DNA of 64,000 bases from Octopus vulgaris (GCA_951406725.2 OX597827.1:8804001-8868000), one strand, 5' to 3'. Positions 24,519-36,903 are shown, counted from the stretch's first letter. The notes: generated from the sequence alone by a model not told the origin. Numbers and translations are program-made.

Positions 24519-25428
24519 TCTATATATATAAAACTGTAGTTGTGTGAGTGTCTGTCCCCTTCGATTTAGATTCCTAACTACTCCCACATTTTGCGGTGCA
24601 GTTTAATCAAATTCGGGTATCTTATAGTCGTGATTCATATCGAGCCCGTCTGGCTATTAGCGCGCATCTACGATGAGTCTACGATTTTAAAAATAATTTA
24701 ACATCACTTTTTATTCCATTTTAATGCATAATTTTTCGTGTCGATGGCGGCGGAGTTGGCGTCCATGCTCACATCTGCACCTGTGTTGCTTTTCCCCCTT
24801 CTTCCCTCCCTCATGAAGCTGTGGGGAAGGGAGTGCAAGGAAATCAACGTCGTAATGCGTTGTGAAGGAGACCAGCGTTCTTTTAGAACAACGACTTCAT
24901 GGCTTGAAGTCGCCAAAACAGAAATCGCTAAAAAAGCTGAAACAGATCCACAAAAACGGCAAAAACCGCCACTCAGGGCAGGTTTCCTGTGCAAACAATT
25001 TGCACAACCGAATGTTTTAGTTGTTGCACAAATCTTTATATATAAAAGTGAAGTTGTGTGTCTGTCTCCTACGATTTAGATTCCTAACTACTCCCACGTT
25101 TTGTGGTGCAGTTTAACCAAAACCAGGTATCTTATAGTCGTGATTCATATCGAGCCCTTCTGGGTATTAGCGCGCGTCTACAATGAGTCTACGATTTTAA
25201 AAATAATTTAACATCATTTTTTTCCATTTTAATGCATTTTTTTGCTATTAAATAAGGGAAGTAACTCTCTAAAAATGTCTACGAAGAGTCAACGATTTAA
25301 AAAAATTTACTATAATTTTTTTTTCCATTTTTAATACATTCTTTTGCTATTTTTTGGCTATAACTCTCTAAAAATGCTGTATAGTTATTTCCCTTACAAA
25401 CCCAAGCAACGCCGGGCGATACTGCTAG
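24519..25428 (+). mobile_element. Compound non-autonomous Helitron (two 5' ends, one 3' end)
   Basis: A|TCTATATATATAAAA at 24519 and A|TCTTTATATATAAAAG at 25033, each followed by the same sequence of about 190 bp. A single hairpin+CTAG|T end at 25428. Confidence 0.85.
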
Positions 25429-25473
25429 TATATATATATATATACATATATATACATATATATACATATATAT

Positions 25474-25543
<70 letters not shown>

Positions 25544-25936
25544 CCTTGTTTCATTCATTTGACTGCAGCCATGCTAGAGTACTGTGTTATTTAAAGAAAT
25601 TGCCCCCAGGACTTATTCTTTGTAAGCCTAGTAGTTATTCTATCGGTCTCTTTGCCAAAGCGCTAAATTATAGGGACATACACACACCAGCATCAGTTGT
25701 CAAGCAATGGCAGGAGGACAACCACAGGCACACACAAAAAGATATACATATATACATATATTTATAAGTTATAATTTATAATTTATTAAATTAAATAATT
25801 TTTTTAAAAATTTAAACTTTAATTTAAATATTTTAATATATATTTTATATTTTTTATATATTTTTTAATTAAGTTTATTTCTATGTATTGGCTTATGATT
25901 TTCATTTGCCTAATAGGGTTTTATCTCTAATTTAAT

Positions 25937-27112
25937 ATCGTTTAACGTCCTCTTTCAATGCTGGCATGGGTTGGATGATTTTACTGAGGACTGGCGAGCC
26001 AGATGGCTGCACCGGGCTCCAATCTGAACTGGCAGAGTTTCTACAGCTGGATGCCCTTCCTAATGCCAACCACTCCGAGAGTGTAGTGAGTACTTTTACA
26101 TGTCACTGGCACGAGGGCCAGTCAGGTGGTACTGGCAACGGGAGCCAGTCCAGCAGCATTGGCAACGATCTCGCTCAAATGTTGTTTTCCATGTGCCACC
26201 GATACAAGTGCCAGTAAGGCAACACTGGTAATGATCACGCTTGAATGTTGCTTTTTAAGTGCCACCTGCACAGGAGCCAGACAGCGGCACTGGCACCAAT
26301 CCTGCTCAGATGGTGCTTTTAACGTTTTACTGGCATGGGTGCCAGTTAGGTGGTGCTGTCATTGGCCACATCAGTGAATTTGATTTTGATTGTTATTTCA
26401 CTTGCCTCAACAGGTCTTTGCAAGCAACGCATAAGTAGGCTGGTTACACCGCTGGCATAGGCCACGGGTTATCGTCTCACATGGCCTGCTGCATCCTCCC
26501 AAGCACAGCATATTTCCAAAGGTCTTGATCACTAGTCATTGCCTCGGTGAGGCCCAATGCCTGAAGGTTGTGCTTCACCACCTCATCCCAGGTCTTCCTG
26601 GGTCTACCACTTCCACATGTTCCCTCAATGGCTAGGGTGTGGCACTTTTTCACACAGCTATCCTCATCCATTCTCACCACATGACCACCACACCTCTCTC
26701 TTGCACACCACACCTGATGCTTCTGAGGTACAACTTTTGTCTCAAGGTACTTACACTCTGTCAAGTATGCACACTGACATTACACATCCAGCAGAGCATA
26801 CTGGCTTCATTCCATGCAAGTTTATGCATGTCCTCAGCAGTCACGGCCCATGTTTCACTGCAATGTAGTAGTATGGCTGTTCGTACACATGCGTCATACA
26901 GTCTACCTTTTACTCTGAGCGAGAGGCCCTTTGGCACCAGCAGAGGTAGGAGCACTCTGAATTTTGCCCAGGCAATTCTTTTTCTAGCAGCTACACTTTC
27001 GGAGCATCCACCCCTGCTACTGACTTGGTCACCTAGGCAACGGAAGCTGTCAACAACTTTTAGTTTTTCTCCATGGAATGTGATAGAAGTTCTCCTCTGC
27101 ACATTTCCAGTG
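25937..27112 (-). mobile_element. 5'-truncated RTE-clade LINE (ORF C-terminus plus 3' UTR), frameshifted
   Basis: KLKVVDSFRCLG...ARKRIAWAKFRVLLPLL...KGRLYDACVRTAILLHCSETWA and GHVVRMDED...GRPRKTWDEVVKHNL...LWKYAV are RTE C-terminal motifs. Confidence 0.92.
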
Positions 27113-27146
27113 TATACATATGTATAATATATATATATATATATAT

Positions 27147-27615
27147 ACAAAATGAGAAAATGGAGAAATATATCTAAATCAATCATCAACTATCAGATAA
27201 TACCGAATCAATACTTTATTAAAACACTACACAATAGCAATGATATTATACATTAATATAGTACAAATATAACAAGACATAGAAATACATTTGCATTGTA
27301 GCTGACAGCTGTTTCGGCCATGAAGACAGGTATGTCTCATTTAACCTATTAGCCATATAAAGCATGTATAAATGAGACATTAACAAGAATATCTTATGGC
27401 CTCTTCAGAGATTTTAATGCAAGTATGAGTACAAATCCTAAATAATTTACATATAAATATAAATATGTGTGCATACATACTCATATTCTTACATATATAT
27501 ATATACACAATAATACAATATAAACAATATAGATCAATATACATCAACAAACACAATAATGTTGATGTATATTGATCTATATTGTTTATATTGTATTATT
27601 GTGTATATTGTGTTT
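27147..27615 (-). mobile_element. Penelope-like element terminal remnant carrying a hammerhead
   Basis: Hammerhead at 27291-27422, AATAAA at 27220-27215, 3' end in (TA)n and a fold-back palindrome at the 5' end. The PLE assignment rests on architecture only; no RT is seen. Confidence 0.6.
27291..27422 (-). ncRNA. Type I hammerhead ribozyme with intact core, palindromic stem III and long stem II
   Basis: UUGCAUU..CU-CUGAAGA-GGCCAU[...]AUGGCC-GAAAC-AGCU-GUC^AG..AAUGCAA. All core nucleotides are canonical. Predicted cleavage is between 27304 and 27303. Confidence 0.88.
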
Positions 27616-28582
27616 CTTCCAACCAAATACACCAAATACACTTGCAAGTCTTTGTTTGACCCAAGGCTATGGCGAAAGACACTTGTCCAGGGTGCCATGC
27701 AGTAGGACTGAACCCAGAACCATGTGGTTGGGAAGCAAATTTCTTACCACACAATCATGTCTGTGCCTATATATATATGCGTGTGTGTTTGTATGTGTGT
27801 GTGTGTGCGTGTGTATATATATACACATCATCAGTAACAAGTTCATTTGTTGTGGTCAAATTTATGTAAGCTCAACTGCCTAAGTATTCTTGCCTCTTAA
27901 TCTTCCATCTAAGCCACAAATTGTTAATTTTTTGATGTGTGTGTTGTTTGCACATTTATTCTGGCATTGCATTATGAGCCTGGCTTCCAGGACTAATCTA
28001 TTTTTGGACAGAAATATACAGAGTATGTAAGTACCACCCACTAGTAGTTTTTCAATCTATCTTTGTTTTGCTGTTTTGCAATGTGCGGTAACTCTAATCT
28101 CTTAATCTTTTATTTGTTTCAGACATTAGACTGTGGCCATGCTGGGGCACCACACATATTATACCATACTCTTTAACTCTTTTACTTGTTTCAGTCAGTT
28201 GACTGTGGCCATGCTGGAGCACCGCCTTTAGTCGAGTAAATCGACACCTAGGGCTTATTCTTTGTAAGCCCAGTACTTATTCTATCGATCTCTTTTGCCG
28301 AACTGCTAAGTGACGGGGACATAAACAAAGCAGCATTGGTTGTGAAGCAATGCTAGGGGGAGGGACAAACACAGACACACACACATATATATACACACTT
28401 ATATACCCTAAAAAAGCAACAATTAACACCAAATTGCATGCCAAGATGTCAAATTTTGCAGTGTGCATGAGATGACAGCATAAACATATGTTGGTGCAGA
28501 AATGGAAAGACATGATAGACTGCTGAATAAAACTGGATATATAAATCTTTGTTCTAATTATTAATATATATATATATATATA

Positions 28583-28887
28583 GGAGGTGCAATGGCCCAC
28601 TAGTTAGGGCAGCGGACTCATGGTCGTAGGATCGCGGCTTCGATTCCCAGGCCGGGCGTTGTGAGTGTTTATTGAGTGAAAACACCTAAAAGCTCCACGA
28701 GGCTCCGGCAGGGGGTGGTGATCCCTACTGTACTCTTTCACCACTCTTTCTCTCACTCTTTCTTCTGTTGGCCTGCTCGCTTAGCCAGCAGAGTGGCGTC
28801 ATTCGAAGGCTAAAACAATGCAAACATATTGTGACCAGCGATGTGTAACAACATCTGATGGTCTGGTCGGTCACGTGATCACGTGAT
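28583..28887 (+). mobile_element. SINE family C with tail type 2
   Basis: Same head as 7641. Tail GGCGTCATTCGAAGGCTAAAACAATGC...GGTCACGTGATCACGTGAT. Confidence 0.85.
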
Positions 28888-29256
28888 ATGTATATATTAT
28901 ATTTCCATACTTATGTATATGTTTGAGTGTGTATGCATGAATAAAAAAGTGTGTGTGTATATACATATACATGCGTTTTAGTAAAAAGTACTCCATACCA
29001 GCTTAAAGTACAGTAATGTATTTCAAATGATCCATCAATCTGCTATTCAGGTGTTTGCAAAACACACAGTCAATCCCTAGATATAAGGAAAACACTGACT
29101 TCATGCAATTACCGCTTACTGTTAGATAGAGAGAAGCTGGCAGTGGGCTTATAGTTAGCTTACCTCATATAAAAGAAAGCACACTACACACACACACACG
29201 CACGCACGCACGCACGCACACACTTGTGTATCGGAGAAAAGCGTCATAGGTCCTTA

Positions 29257-29663
29257 AGGCGGTGAGCTGGCAGAAACGTTAGCATATGCGTAACCGTATT
29301 TCATCTGCCGTTAAGTTCTGAGTTCAAATTCCGCCGAAGTTGACTTTGCCTTTCATCCTTTCAGGGTCGATAAATTAAGTACCAGTTATGCACTGGAGTC
29401 CTATTATTGACTTAACCCGTTTGTCTGCCCTTGTTTGTCCCCTCTGTGTGTAGCCCCTTGTGGGCAGTAAAGAAATAGGTATTTTGTCTGCCATTACATT
29501 CTGAGTTCAAATTCTGCAGAGGTCGACTTTACCTTTCATCTTTTCGGGGTCAATAAATTAAGTAGCAGTTACACACTGGGGTTGATGTAATCGACTTAAT
29601 CCCTTTGTCTGTCCTTGTTTGTCCCCTCTATGTTTAGCCCCTTGTGGGCAATAAAGATATAAG
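29257..29663 (+). mobile_element. SINE family B, head plus two bodies
   Basis: Head GGCGGTGAGCTGGCAGAAACGTTAGC. Junction AAAGAAATA|GGTATTTTGTCTG at about 29478. Confidence 0.85.
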
Positions 29664-30135
29664 AAAGGATCAAAGGTCCTTCACAAGCATTGGTGTATGT
29701 TGCTGGTTGTATTGGGTGTGCTGACACACCCAGTGCCACCAAATTTCAAGCAGGAGTATAACAAAAGTTTTTCCATTAAGATTTGTGATTAAATTAATGA
29801 ATAAGATTAATATTTATAACAAATTTGCCATTTTCGATGAGTGTGAAGTAAAAAAAAAACCTAGCCCACTGGGTATATATATATATCCCTGTTACCAAGC
29901 CATAGGTTTATAAGATCTGTTTCCTGGATTCTGGGACATATATTCCCTCCCCTCTGGCCCACAGAACAGGACACAAATCTGACTCAAGGTAACTCAGTTT
30001 TGCCAATATGAAATATAGTGTTTTGCTCAAGAACACAGTGAATCAGGTGGTCCAAGAATCAAACCCACACTCTTATGATCACGAGTGTAACAACCTAACC
30101 ACTACACCAAATGCTACCACTAAATCCACACATAT

Positions 30136-30527
30136 ACTCTTTACTCTTTTACTTGTTTCAGTCATTTTGACTGCAGCGATGCTGGAGCACCGCCTTTAAT
30201 CGAGCAACTCAACCCCGGGACTTATTCTTTTGTAAGCCCAGTACTTATTCTATCGGTCTCTTTTGCCGAACCGCTAAGTGATGGGGACATAAACACACCA
30301 GCATCGGTTGTCAAGCAATGCTAGAGGGACAAACACACACGCATATATATATATACATATATACGACGGGCTTCTTTCAGTTTCTGTGTACCAAATCTAT
30401 TCACAAGGCTTTTGTCGGCCCGAGGCTATAGTAGAAGACACTTGCCCAAGGTGCCACGCAGTGGGACTGAACCCGGAACCATGTGGTTGGTAAACAAGCT
30501 ACTTACCACACAGCCACTCCTGCGCCT
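30136..30527 (-). mobile_element. SINE family A
   Basis: Full-length reverse-complement match. Confidence 0.9.
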
Positions 30528-30635
30528 ACCTACATACATACATGAATTTCCATAGACACACTATATAGCACTGCAGCCAGTCTCCTGCAGGGCTGCAATC
30601 TAATGACAGAAGTTAGTAAAAAAAATAAAAAAGAA

Positions 30636-30693
<58 letters not shown>

Positions 30694-31176
30694 ACACATA
30701 CACACACACACTCACATACACGCTTACAGGTATGTTTTTATGTGTGTCTGTACAGGAGAACAATCAATCATTTATTGAAGGATTGCTCAGTATATTTAAA
30801 GAGAGAACATCAAATTTGTTTGTTTTTTTTTTATTTACAAAGAAAAAGATGAGTCACTTTGAAGTTTTGTGGCTTCATCAGACTTACATTTACGTATGTC
30901 TATCTTTTTTTTCATCTTTTACTCATTTTTAGTCATTGGACTGTGACCATTCTGGAGTACCACTTTGAAGGGCTTAGTCAAGCAAATCAACCCTGGTACT
31001 TATTCTATTGGTCTCTCTCACCAAACCATTGAGTCATGAGGACATAACAAACCAACTCTGGTTGTCAAACAATATGATGATGGAGATAAACACAGACACA
31101 AACAGACACACATATGTACATGTACATACACACACATGTGTGTGTGTGCCTGTGTGCATATATATATGTATATGTT

Positions 31177-31228
<52 letters not shown>

Positions 31229-31509
31229 AATGTATCTATCTATCTGTCTATCTATCTGTGAATGTATGTGCGTATGTATGTATATTCATATACAAATTTA
31301 TACATATAGGTATGTGTGTGTCTTTGTGTGTGTGTGTGTGTATATATATATATGGCTTATTTGTAATTTACAACCGACATCTATATAAATAATAAAGGTG
31401 GCTTATTCACAATTTACAACCAACGTCTATATATATGTATATACATACACACACACACACACACACACATCCATATATTGTCCTTTAATACTTCGTCCAA
31501 TGTCTTCTG

Positions 31510-31915
31510 AAGTACTGAAGGATGATATGGAAGAGATGACAAAGGAATGGGGTACCTGGGGCCTTACTGTACTCAAGAAGATCCATGCTCCACAGCAGAG
31601 TGTTAATGCCACTCCCCCTGCGAGAGGGGATTAGCCTGTAAGAGCCCTGTGTCAGTGCCTCATGAAAAACACTTGTGCCAGCACCAGATGGTGGCACTCA
31701 TGCCAGCACCGTGTAAAAGCACCAAGGCTGGGGCCACATAGAGATCATCCAGCACACTCTGTAAAGTGTTTGGTGTTTGGAAGGGCACCCACCTGTAGAA
31801 GCCAAGCCACATCAGACTGGAACCTGGTGCAGCTCTCCTACTTGCCAGCTCTGGTCAAACCATTCAAACCATGGAAAACAGATGTTAAAGGATGATGCTG
31901 ATGATGATGGTGATG
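31510..31915 (+). mobile_element. Old RTE LINE 3' end
   Basis: EVLKDD..EEMTK..TW..TVLKK resembles the RTE C-terminus. A diverged 3' UTR and (GAT)n tail follow. Confidence 0.6.
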
Positions 31916-31977
31916 ACATGTACATACATGCATACATACATATGTATATATATATACATACATACATATATATATAT

Positions 31978-32377
31978 AGGCGCAGGAGTGGCTGTGTGGT
32001 AAGTAGCTTGCTAACCAACCACATGGTTCCAGGTTCAGTCCCACTGCGTGGCATCTTGGGCAAGTGTCTTCTGCTATAGCCCCGGGCCGACCAATGCCTT
32101 GTGAGTGGATTTGGTAGACAGAAACTGAAAGAAGCCTGTCATATATATGTGTATATATATATATGCATGTGTGCGTGTGTTTGTCCCCCTAGCATTGCTT
32201 GACAACCGATGCTTGTGTGTTTACGTCCCCATCACTTAGCGATTCGGCAAAAGAGACCGATAGAATAAGTACTGGGCTTACAAAGAATAAATCCCGGGGT
32301 TGATTTGCTCGACTAAAGGCGGTGCTCCAGCATGGCCACAGTCAAATGACTGAAACAAGTAAAAGAGTAAAAGAGTA
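31978..32377 (+). mobile_element. SINE family A
   Basis: Full-length match. Confidence 0.9.
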
Positions 32378-32466
32378 TATATATACATTTCAATATGTGA
32401 TCGTGTGTGTATCATAGGCAATTTTCTTTCTCCGTCTTCCCTTCCTTGGACCTTTCCTTTTTCTAT

Positions 32467-32501
32467 GTTTCTGACAAAGAGCTCCGCTCGAAACGTTAAA
32501 T
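32467..32501 (+). ncRNA. Minimal hammerhead motif (G8 mutated) in a TA-flanked Penelope-like remnant at 32398-32610
   Basis: GUUU-CUGACAA-A-GAGC-UCC-GCUC-GAAAC-GUU-AAAU. Confidence 0.65.
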
Positions 32502-32884
32502 CCTCCTTCTTTCTTTCCTTTGCTGAGCGTCCAATAACACTATACTTGTTCCACATCCTCGCGTTGCTGTGTTTTCTCTTTGTTCATGTTTGGCTTAACT
32601 ATATATATATATATATATATATATACATAATTATAGCAAGGGGTCACCTTTATGCCTCACCATGCACCTTAAGAAATAGACACTAAAGTTTTTTTTGCTA
32701 CCTTAAAATCTCCGAGAATAACACACTTTATTGTAAGCAAGCAAAAGAAAAATAATGCTACTGCACTGGCTACCTGGTAAAATTATTATTGATTTTACCC
32801 TCATTTGAATAAATTCATTCCATGATCGAAACTGTATTTACTGTGGTCGAGATCTTAATGCACATGTGGGTATAAAAGAAAGAT

Positions 32885-33050
32885 AGGCGCAGGAGTGGCT
32901 GTGTGGTAAGTAGCTTGCTAACCAACCACATGGTTCCGGGTTCAGTCCCACTGCATGGCATCTTGGGCAAGTGTCTTCTGCTATTGCCTCGGGCCAACCA
33001 ATGCCTTGTGAGTGGATTTGGTAGACGGAAACTGAAAGAAGCCTGTCGTA

Positions 33051-33101
<51 letters not shown>

Positions 33102-33321
33102 ATGTGTTTGTGTTTCTGTGTTTGTCCCCCCAGCATTGCTTTACAACCGATGCTGGTGTGTTTACATCCCCGTCACTTAGCGGTTTGGCAAAAGAGACCA
33201 ATAGAATAAGTACTGGGCTTACAAAGAATAAGTCCCGGGGTCGATTTGCTTAACTAAAAGCGATGCTCCAGCATGGCCGCAGTCAAATGACTGAAACAAG
33301 TAAAAAAAAAAAAAAAAGAGT
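32885..33321 (+). mobile_element. SINE family A
   Basis: Full-length match. Confidence 0.9.
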
Positions 33322-33420
33322 ATACTCGGCAGTATATCTTTACAAGTGCGGATAGATATCAGACATACGATGACTCTGATCGCATGCATATTTTGAAATA
33401 CTGGTGAACTTATATGAAAT

Positions 33421-33483
33421 ACTAAGCTGAAAAGCAACAGTAAGTAAAATTATCTTACTTTAAGTTCGAAATGTATCCCTGGT
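33421..33483 (+). ncRNA. Degenerate hammerhead-like motif in a Penelope-like remnant
   Basis: ACUAAG-CUGAAAA-G..AGUAAG/CUUACU..C-GAAA-UGUA-UC-CCUGGU. G8 and stem I are mutated. Confidence 0.4.
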
Positions 33484-33621
33484 TAATTAGTCTTAATGAT
33501 TCATTATTTTTCTTTTGCTTGTGTGTTATTCTCAGAGATTTTAAGGTAGTAAAAAATAGTTTAGCATCTATTTTTTATGGTGCATGGTGAGGCATAAAGC
33601 CAACCCCTTGTTATAATATTT

Positions 33622-33968
33622 TTCTAACTACTCCCACATTTTGCGGTGCAGTTTAACCAAAACTGGGTATCTTATAGTCGTGATTCATATTGAGCCCTTC
33701 TGGGTATTAGCGCGTGTCTACGATGAGTCTACGATTTTAAAAAAATTTACCATCAATTTTTCCCATTTTTAATGCATTTTTGGCATATATAAGGGAAGTA
33801 ACTCTCTAAAAATTTATTATTAAATCTCAGAACGTAAAAAGCTACAGTAACACCCCCCACCCCTTTGTAGTTAGCCATATTGAGATGGCTATTATACTTT
33901 ACATCTCTAAAAATGCTTATACAGTTATTTCCCTTACAAACCCGAGCAACGCCGGGCGATACTGCTAG
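33622..33968 (+). mobile_element. 5'-truncated non-autonomous Helitron
   Basis: Same family as 13353. Ends CCCGAGCAACGCCGGGCGATACTGCTAG|T. Confidence 0.85.
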
Positions 33969-34238
33969 TTATGTATATAATTATAAAATATTCTGTATGA
34001 CTTAACTATAAGATATTTATTTCCGCACTGGCTACCTGGTAAAATTATTATTGATTTTACCCTATATAATTAAAATAATATAAATCATCCTCATCATCAT
34101 CGTTTAATGTCTGTTTTCCATGCTAGCATGGGTTGGACAGTTCAACTGGGGTCTAGGAAGCCAGGAGGCTGCACCAGGCTCCAGTCTGATCTGGCAGTGT
34201 TTCTACAGCTGGATGGCCTTCTTAACGCCAACCACTCC

Positions 34239-34288
<50 letters not shown>

Positions 34289-34456
34289 ATAATAACAAAG
34301 GGTAAAATTAATTAATTAAGAAATATTTAGCAATTTCACCAAGTAGAATTCGGCATGAAAAAGACCATTTCATGGTAAGCTTAAGTAATACTTTATAATT
34401 AGGGTTCAGCAAATCTTTGCTGAACCCTAATTATATATATATATATATATATATAT

Positions 34457-34795
34457 CGTGTATCACAGTGTCATGATGTACGGTGTGAAAGGGGGAAGCA
34501 GATGAGGTTTATCCGTGGGAAGAAAAGCCTACGGAAAAGACCACGGTAACCTCGGTCAATATTGTTACATGTTACCACATTTGTTTGCAAGTGGGTAACC
34601 CTCTGTTTTCAATTTCTGGGTTCATAGGATTATGCTCAAGGTGGCTTTGTCATTCATACGTGCCATCCTTGCTACATTCACCCATCTTTTTTTAAAACAT
34701 TCGCTAGACAAAACTTGCCTCTCTACTCTCACTTTCCTTTTCAAGTGATACTTGAAGAAGTTGATCAGAGATTGACCAGAGAGGAAAGTGTTTAG
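34457..34795 (-). mobile_element. Probable L1/Tx1-clade LINE 3' fragment between (TA)n and (GATA)n
   Basis: LINFFKYHLKRKVRVERQVLSSECFKKRWVNVA resembles the Tx1-type C-terminus (F...R.RVE....F..RW). A pyrimidine-rich 3' UTR follows. Confidence 0.5.
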
Positions 34796-35795
34796 ATAGA
34801 TAGATAGATAGATACACACATATATATATTGGATTCACAAGAACCTTAATGCTTCATTCAACAGACTGAATAAGCCAATAAAGGCAAAATTCAATCCAAT
34901 ATTACCAATAAATTCTCCCTTAGTAAATATATCAGGTTCCATCATCAGTAAACATTTTGTTGTTTTCCAGAATTTCAGTCAATAATATCAGATAAGACAT
35001 ACATATAGATGCACACACAAACACACACCACACACATATACACACATATGTGTGTTTCTATATTTATGTATGTACATATACACAGAAAAAATTATAATCA
35101 TTAGTAATATTATCAGTTATTGCTATCAAAATTAATGGATCCCAATGAAAAGGTTCCATTGCAGTATGATCACAATACCTGAGTTACATTGTATGAAGAC
35201 ACACGCATCTATCTATCCGTCTGTCTGTCTGTCTCTCAGTCTGTCTGTCTATCTATCTATCTTTCTATTATATATCTATTTATCTATCTATCTATCTTAT
35301 CTTATCTATCTATCTATCTATCCATCCATCCATCCATCCATCCATCCATCCATCCTCTATCTATCTATCTATCTATCTATCCATCCATCCATCCATCCAT
35401 CATCTATCTATCTATCCATCCATCATCTATCATCTATCTATCTATCTATCTATCTATCTATTTATCCATCTACCTATATACACACAGAAACCCATCTCTC
35501 TTGATATATATATATATATACATATGTATGTATGTATGTATGTATGTATATATACATATATATACATGTGTGTATATGTGTGTGCGTGTGTGTGTGTGTA
35601 TGTGTGTTTGTGAGTCAGTGCGTGTGCTTGAAAAAAAATGTATAGAAATGGCTTTTCTGATAATTTTTTCCACTTTAATAATTTATAAACATCTAATTAT
35701 TAAAGTGGAAAAATTATCAGAAAAGCCATTTCTATTAATTTTTTTTTCTAAATATTATAATACTGTACCAGGTACTTTCTGTTTCTTATTTTACT

Positions 35796-35869
<74 letters not shown>

Positions 35870-35897
35870 TGCTATATAGATAGATAGCTAGATAGAT

Positions 35898-36301
35898 AGG
35901 CGCAGGAGTGGCTGTGTGGTAAGTAGCTTGCTAACCAACCACATGGTTCCGGGTTCAGTCCCACTGCGTGGCATCTTGGGCAAGTGTCTTCTGCTATAGC
36001 CCCGGGCTGACCAATGCCTTGTGAGTGGATTTGGTAGACGGAAACTGAAAGAAGCCTGTCGTATATATGTATATATATATAAGTGTGTGTGTATATGTTT
36101 GTGTGTCTGTGTTTGTCCCCCTAGCATTGCTGGTGTGTTTACGTCCCCGTCAACTAGCGGTTTGGCAAAAGAGACTGATAGAATAAGTCCTGGGCTTACA
36201 AAGAATAAGTCCTGGGGTCGATTTGCTCGACTAAAGGCAGTGCTCCAGCATGGCTGCAGTCAAATGACTGAAACAAGTAAAAGAGTAAAAGAGTAAAAGA
36301 G
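35898..36301 (+). mobile_element. SINE family A inserted in (GATA)n
   Basis: Full-length match with a small internal deletion. Confidence 0.9.
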
Positions 36302-36903
36302 ATAGATAGATACATAGACTCACACATACACTTACGGACGTGTGTGTGTGTGTGTGTGCCATTATTAAGTCGGTCAGTTTTCTTTTGTAAGGGAGAGAAT
36401 CATGTCTAATCCACTCCGCCTGCACATGACTCTGCGCAGGTAGTGTGCTTCTAGATGCACACACACACTAACACACACACACACACACGTGTGTATACAC
36501 ATCGTATCTTATAGTGCCTAAGTCATTAATAAAATGTTAGACAGAAACCACCTCAACCGTGACGCTGCATTGCTAACAGCTCCGAGACAGACGGCTGTGT
36601 TCACACACACACATAAAGATGCCCCCTATTGTCACAGAACTCATTGATTGTATCATAAAGAAGAAAAAAAAATTATGAAAATTCTGAGTGGAACACTTAA
36701 GAAACTATAATGAAATAAAAGCAAATCGATAATAAAGTAATTATGAAGCTATTTATTTATATGTTGGATGGTAAAGTTTGTTAAAAAAAATAAAGGGAAA
36801 AATGGAAAAATCTATAAATGCAATCATTTCCAGGAAACACAGCAGTTTCAGGGGAAATAACTCATGCATTGATATTTCATCATCTACCTGGGAGAACATG
36901 TTT

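Noticed and set aside
25937-27422. Hammerhead acting as the 5' ribozyme of the adjacent RTE
   Set aside because: The RTE is truncated mid-ORF and separated from the ribozyme by a poly(A) signal and a (TA)n tract, so two independent insertions are simpler.
34862-34902. CTGAATA-A-GCC..GGC-AAAA motif, and CTATGA-GTCCAT..ATGGCA-GAAAC near 39838
   Set aside because: Possibly decayed hammerheads, but multiple core changes and poor stem I make them unsupportable without a consensus.
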